Source of the DNA: Candidatus Marinacidobacterales bacterium
Lineage (GTDB): Bacteria; Acidobacteriota; Vicinamibacteria; Marinacidobacterales; SMYC01
Assembly: GCA_965237955.1 (NCBI GenBank)
Contig: OZ250169.1
Location: 6,528,001-6,592,000, forward strand
Direction: 5' to 3'
DNA: 64,000 bases
Under the pieces are notes generated by a model. It did no database searches. It was not told the origin of the DNA and was given only the letters and a program-made list of their open reading frames with translations. A program made the position numbers and the translations under genes. Below, piece by piece: positions 61,502-64,000 of the stretch (position 1 is the first letter of the stretch; the number at the start of each line of letters is the position of its first letter).

Positions 61502-61943
61502 ATGAGCAAAGGTCGTCGTCGTCACACTGCGGAGCAAAAGGCAGAGCTTGTTGCGCCAGCACGTTGCCGAGAAAAAGCCGGTCTCGGAGGTATGCAACGA
61601 GGCAGAAATCCAGCCGAGCCTGTTCTACACATGGCAAAGGGAGCTATTGGCTGGAGCCCATACGGTGTTTTCGTTCCGTCGTGCGCCGAGCCGTGAGAAG
61701 GAGCTAGTCCCCTGGATCTTTGATTACTATACAAAGTTAGGCTTTTCGCCAGCCCATAAGATTCATAAGATTCATGCACTTAGAAGGGTTTCGGCAAGCT
61801 CTGCTTTATCTAGTTTGTTCTGATACAGGGGACCAGAGGAGAAGCTCTCCCGTCTCGAGGCGAAGGTGGCCCGTAAGGATCAGATCATCGCTGAGGTGAC
61901 CGAAGAGTACGTGACACTCAAAAAAAAACTTGGGGAAGCCTGA
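61502..61943 (+). pseudogene. IS3 OrfA, frameshifted and MITE-interrupted
   Basis: MSKGRRRHTAEQKA / LRQHVAEKKPVSEVC...FYTWQ / EEKLSRLEAKVARKD...LKKKLGEA. Confidence 0.8.
61704..61836 (-). mobile_element. IS630-derived MITE, copy 3 (129 bp)
   Basis: Homolog of the copies at 3050 and 49986; ctag at left, ccag variant at right. Confidence 0.9.
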
Positions 61944-62905
61944 GTGGTGCCTGGATTCCCCATGACCGTCGTGACGAGGTTGTCGACTTCGTGAACACAA
62001 TCGCCACCAAGACCCAGCTTCCGGTCCAGCAGATCGTTCAGTGGTGCGGGATCGCTCGGGGCAAGTTCTACGACTGGCGCAAGCGGTACGGGAAGGTGAA
62101 TGAGCACAACGGCCTGGTGCCGCGGGATCACTGGATCGAAGAATGGGAGCGCCAGTCCGTGATCGACTACTTCGACTGCCACCCACTGGACGGGTATCGC
62201 CGACTCACGTTCATGATGCTGGACGAAGACGTGGTGGCAGTTAGCCCCTCGACGACGTACCGGGTGTTGTCGAAGGCGGGTCGTCTGGACCGTTGGAACC
62301 CGAAGCCGTCGAAGAAGGGAACGGGCTTCGTTCAGCCGCTGCGAGCGCACCAGCACTGGCACACGGATATCTCGTACTTGAACCTGGGTGGGACGTTCTA
62401 CTACCTCTGCTCGTTTCTGGATGGTGCGAGCCGCGCGGTGGTTCACTGGGAGATTCGTGAGTCGATGACGGAAGCGGATGTGGAGTGCATCTTGGAGCGA
62501 GCAAAGGAGCGGTACCCCGATGCGCGGCCTCGAATCATCTCGGACAACGGTCCGCAGTACATCGCGAAGGACTTCAAGGCATTCATCCGCATCTCAGGGA
62601 TGACGCACGTGAGGACCGCGCCGTACTACCCGCAATCGAACGGGAAGATCGAGCGTTGGCACAAGACGATAAAATCGGACGCCCTGCGTCCTGCCAGCCC
62701 CACGAGCCTCGAAGAGGCTCGCCGCTTGATGGAACGATTCGTCGAATATTACAACGGGGTTCGCCTGCACAGCGCGATCGGCTACATTGCGCCGCTGGAC
62801 TTCATGGATGGCAAGGCCACCCAGATCTGGTCGGAGCGAGACCGCAAACTCGAGCAGGCTCGGAAGCTGCGGCGTGAGCGCCGTGCGAACAAGGTGCCCG
62901 CATGA
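61920..62905 (+). CDS. IS3 OrfB (DDE integrase core), reached by -1 frameshift
   Basis: WHTDISY, ISDNGPQY, YPQSNGKIER, YNGVRLHSAIGY. Confidence 0.9.
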
Positions 62906-62957
62906 ACACTCTGATCCCAGGAGCCCCACTCCGTTCCCTCTCGCCCACAAGCATTGA

Positions 62958-63047
62958 GTACCAGAGAGCGCAGGGGGCGTCAAGGGCGGCGAAGCCGGCG
63001 CGCGCAGCGCGCTTTACCCTTGACGCCCCCGAGCACTCTGGTACGAT
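62958..63047. promoter_or_regulatory. long branched hairpin containing a sigma70-like promoter
   Basis: Stem 62958-62986 pairs with 63017-63044; TTGACG-N16-TACGAT at 63020-63047. Confidence 0.5.
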
Positions 63048-63344
63048 CCCTGGGGCGATAGGGGACATCCTGCCGCCGGGCGTTGCGTTAACGTCCAACC
63101 TCGCTGTCATCTTCACGCTGAACCAATACAAAAGGACGAGCGTGTACATAGTACTCCGCTTCACGGTGAACCACTCGATGTGGACGCCCGTGTTCGTACG
63201 GTACGGATTACGCTTCGCCATTTGTGCCTACACTACTGATTTTAAAGAAGTTTATCACAATTTGTCGGTACCCTGCAACGAAGCGCGTGGGCAGCTTGAT
63301 TGCACCGAAGTGATTGGATAGCATGATCTGTCCGAGGTTTATGG

Positions 63345-64000
63345 ATGCTCAAGTATTTTCGTAATCGCCGCAGCATGGGCTGGCTCATGGGCTCGTCGAT
63401 GCTGGTTCTCGTCATCTTCGCCTTCATCGCGTTCTACGTACCCGACTTTCTCGCTCCCGCCGACGGTGTCGGGTCGGCAACGGGCGCGGTCGCGTGGGTC
63501 GATGGTGACCCCATTTCGTCGCGTGAGTTTCTTCAAGGCTATCGTCTGCAGGACGAGCAGTATCGCCAGCAGTTGGGCGCGCAGTACTCCCCGGATTTGC
63601 TGCGGCAGCTCGGACTCGACAACTTCGTCATGCAGCGGCTCGTGCAAGAGAAAGTGCTCACCCTCGAAGCGGAACGCCTGGGGTTGACGGTCGCGGATTC
63701 CGAAGTCAGCCAAAGCATTCTCGGTGATCCCGTGCTCCAACAAGACGGCCAGTTCATCGGCAAAGAGGCCTACATGGGACTCTTGGCGAGCAGAGGCTGG
63801 ACGGCGGCAACGTACGAAGGGCAAATACTCCAAGGAATTCTCCGCCAGAAGCTTCAGGCCCTCGTGACCGATGGCGTGGTCGTGACCGGAGCCGACGTCG
63901 AGGACGAGTACCGACGGCGCAACGAAAAAGTTCACCTCGAGTATGCCGTGATCGCGCGCTCGGATTTCGAGAACGAGCTCGAAGTGACCGACGATGAAGT
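63345..64000 (+). CDS. PpiD/SurA N-terminal-domain chaperone (runs off right edge)
   Basis: MLKYFRNRR...LVLVIFAFIAFY...VAWVDGDPIS...EAERLGLTVADSEV. Confidence 0.85.
   Translation, partial: MLKYFRNRRSMGWLMGSSMLVLVIFAFIAFYVPDFLAPADGVGSATGAVAWVDGDPISSREFLQGYRLQDEQYRQQLGAQYSPDLLRQLGLDNFVMQRLVQEKVLTLEAERLGLTVADSEVSQSILGDPVLQQDGQFIGKEAYMGLLASRGWTAATYEGQILQGILRQKLQALVTDGVVVTGADVEDEYRRRNEKVHLEYAVIARSDFENELEVTDDE

Larger units (their letters stand above)
61436..63130 (+). mobile_element. IS3-family insertion sequence (orfA hit by a MITE)
   Basis: TIRs tgtttcggttcagctggaacatgacag / ctgtcatcttcacgctgaaccaataca; flanks caag/aaag; orfA-orfB with an A9 slippery site. Confidence 0.9.
60263..63221 (-). pseudogene. 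membrane-anchored FecR-domain/FN3 protein interrupted by IS3
   Basis: N-terminus MAKRNPY...MYTLVL (63221-63132) joins ALLGLAAAGAYG (from 61432 downward); FecR-like DTIRT...ARVRLFDG and FN3-like GTYYWQV. Confidence 0.82.

Noticed and set aside
3063-61823. Repeated peptide WIFDYYTKLGFS...SSLF in three ORFs as a protein family
   Set aside because: It is simply read-through translation of the MITE sequence.
1-64000. CRISPR array or cas genes
   Set aside because: No regularly spaced direct repeats with unique spacers and no cas motifs were seen.

Overview
GC-rich bacterial chromosome window. The gene content (many Ser/Thr kinase remnants, PrsK/PrsR, AmmeMemoRadiSam genes) suggests Acidobacteriota, possibly Vicinamibacteria, but this is inference only. 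Left part (1-28.5 kb): carA, a carbamoyltransferase/SxtJ/DUF5989 trio, an HPr-rel-A module (Trp-rich Tat-like protein, PqqD-like chaperone, HprK-related kinase, nucleotidyltransferase) and PEP-CTERM/exopolysaccharide genes. Several of these are broken by two IS630 copies, an IS630-derived MITE, a nested 380-bp MITE and a 37-bp hairpin insertion. Middle: gatCA, a DUF222/HNH nuclease gene bracketed by about 95-bp inverted repeats with an IS481 inserted, and several pseudogene scraps. Right part is mostly housekeeping: thiL, 6S RNA, zapAB, rplT-rpmI-infC-thrS, tRNA-Val, a GspE/PilB ATPase, amrAB, degQ, suhB, aroAK, rng and rodA-mrdA-mreDCB. It ends with a GGDEF gene, a FecR-domain gene split by an IS3 that itself carries a MITE, and the start of ppiD. 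No CRISPR array or rRNA was seen.
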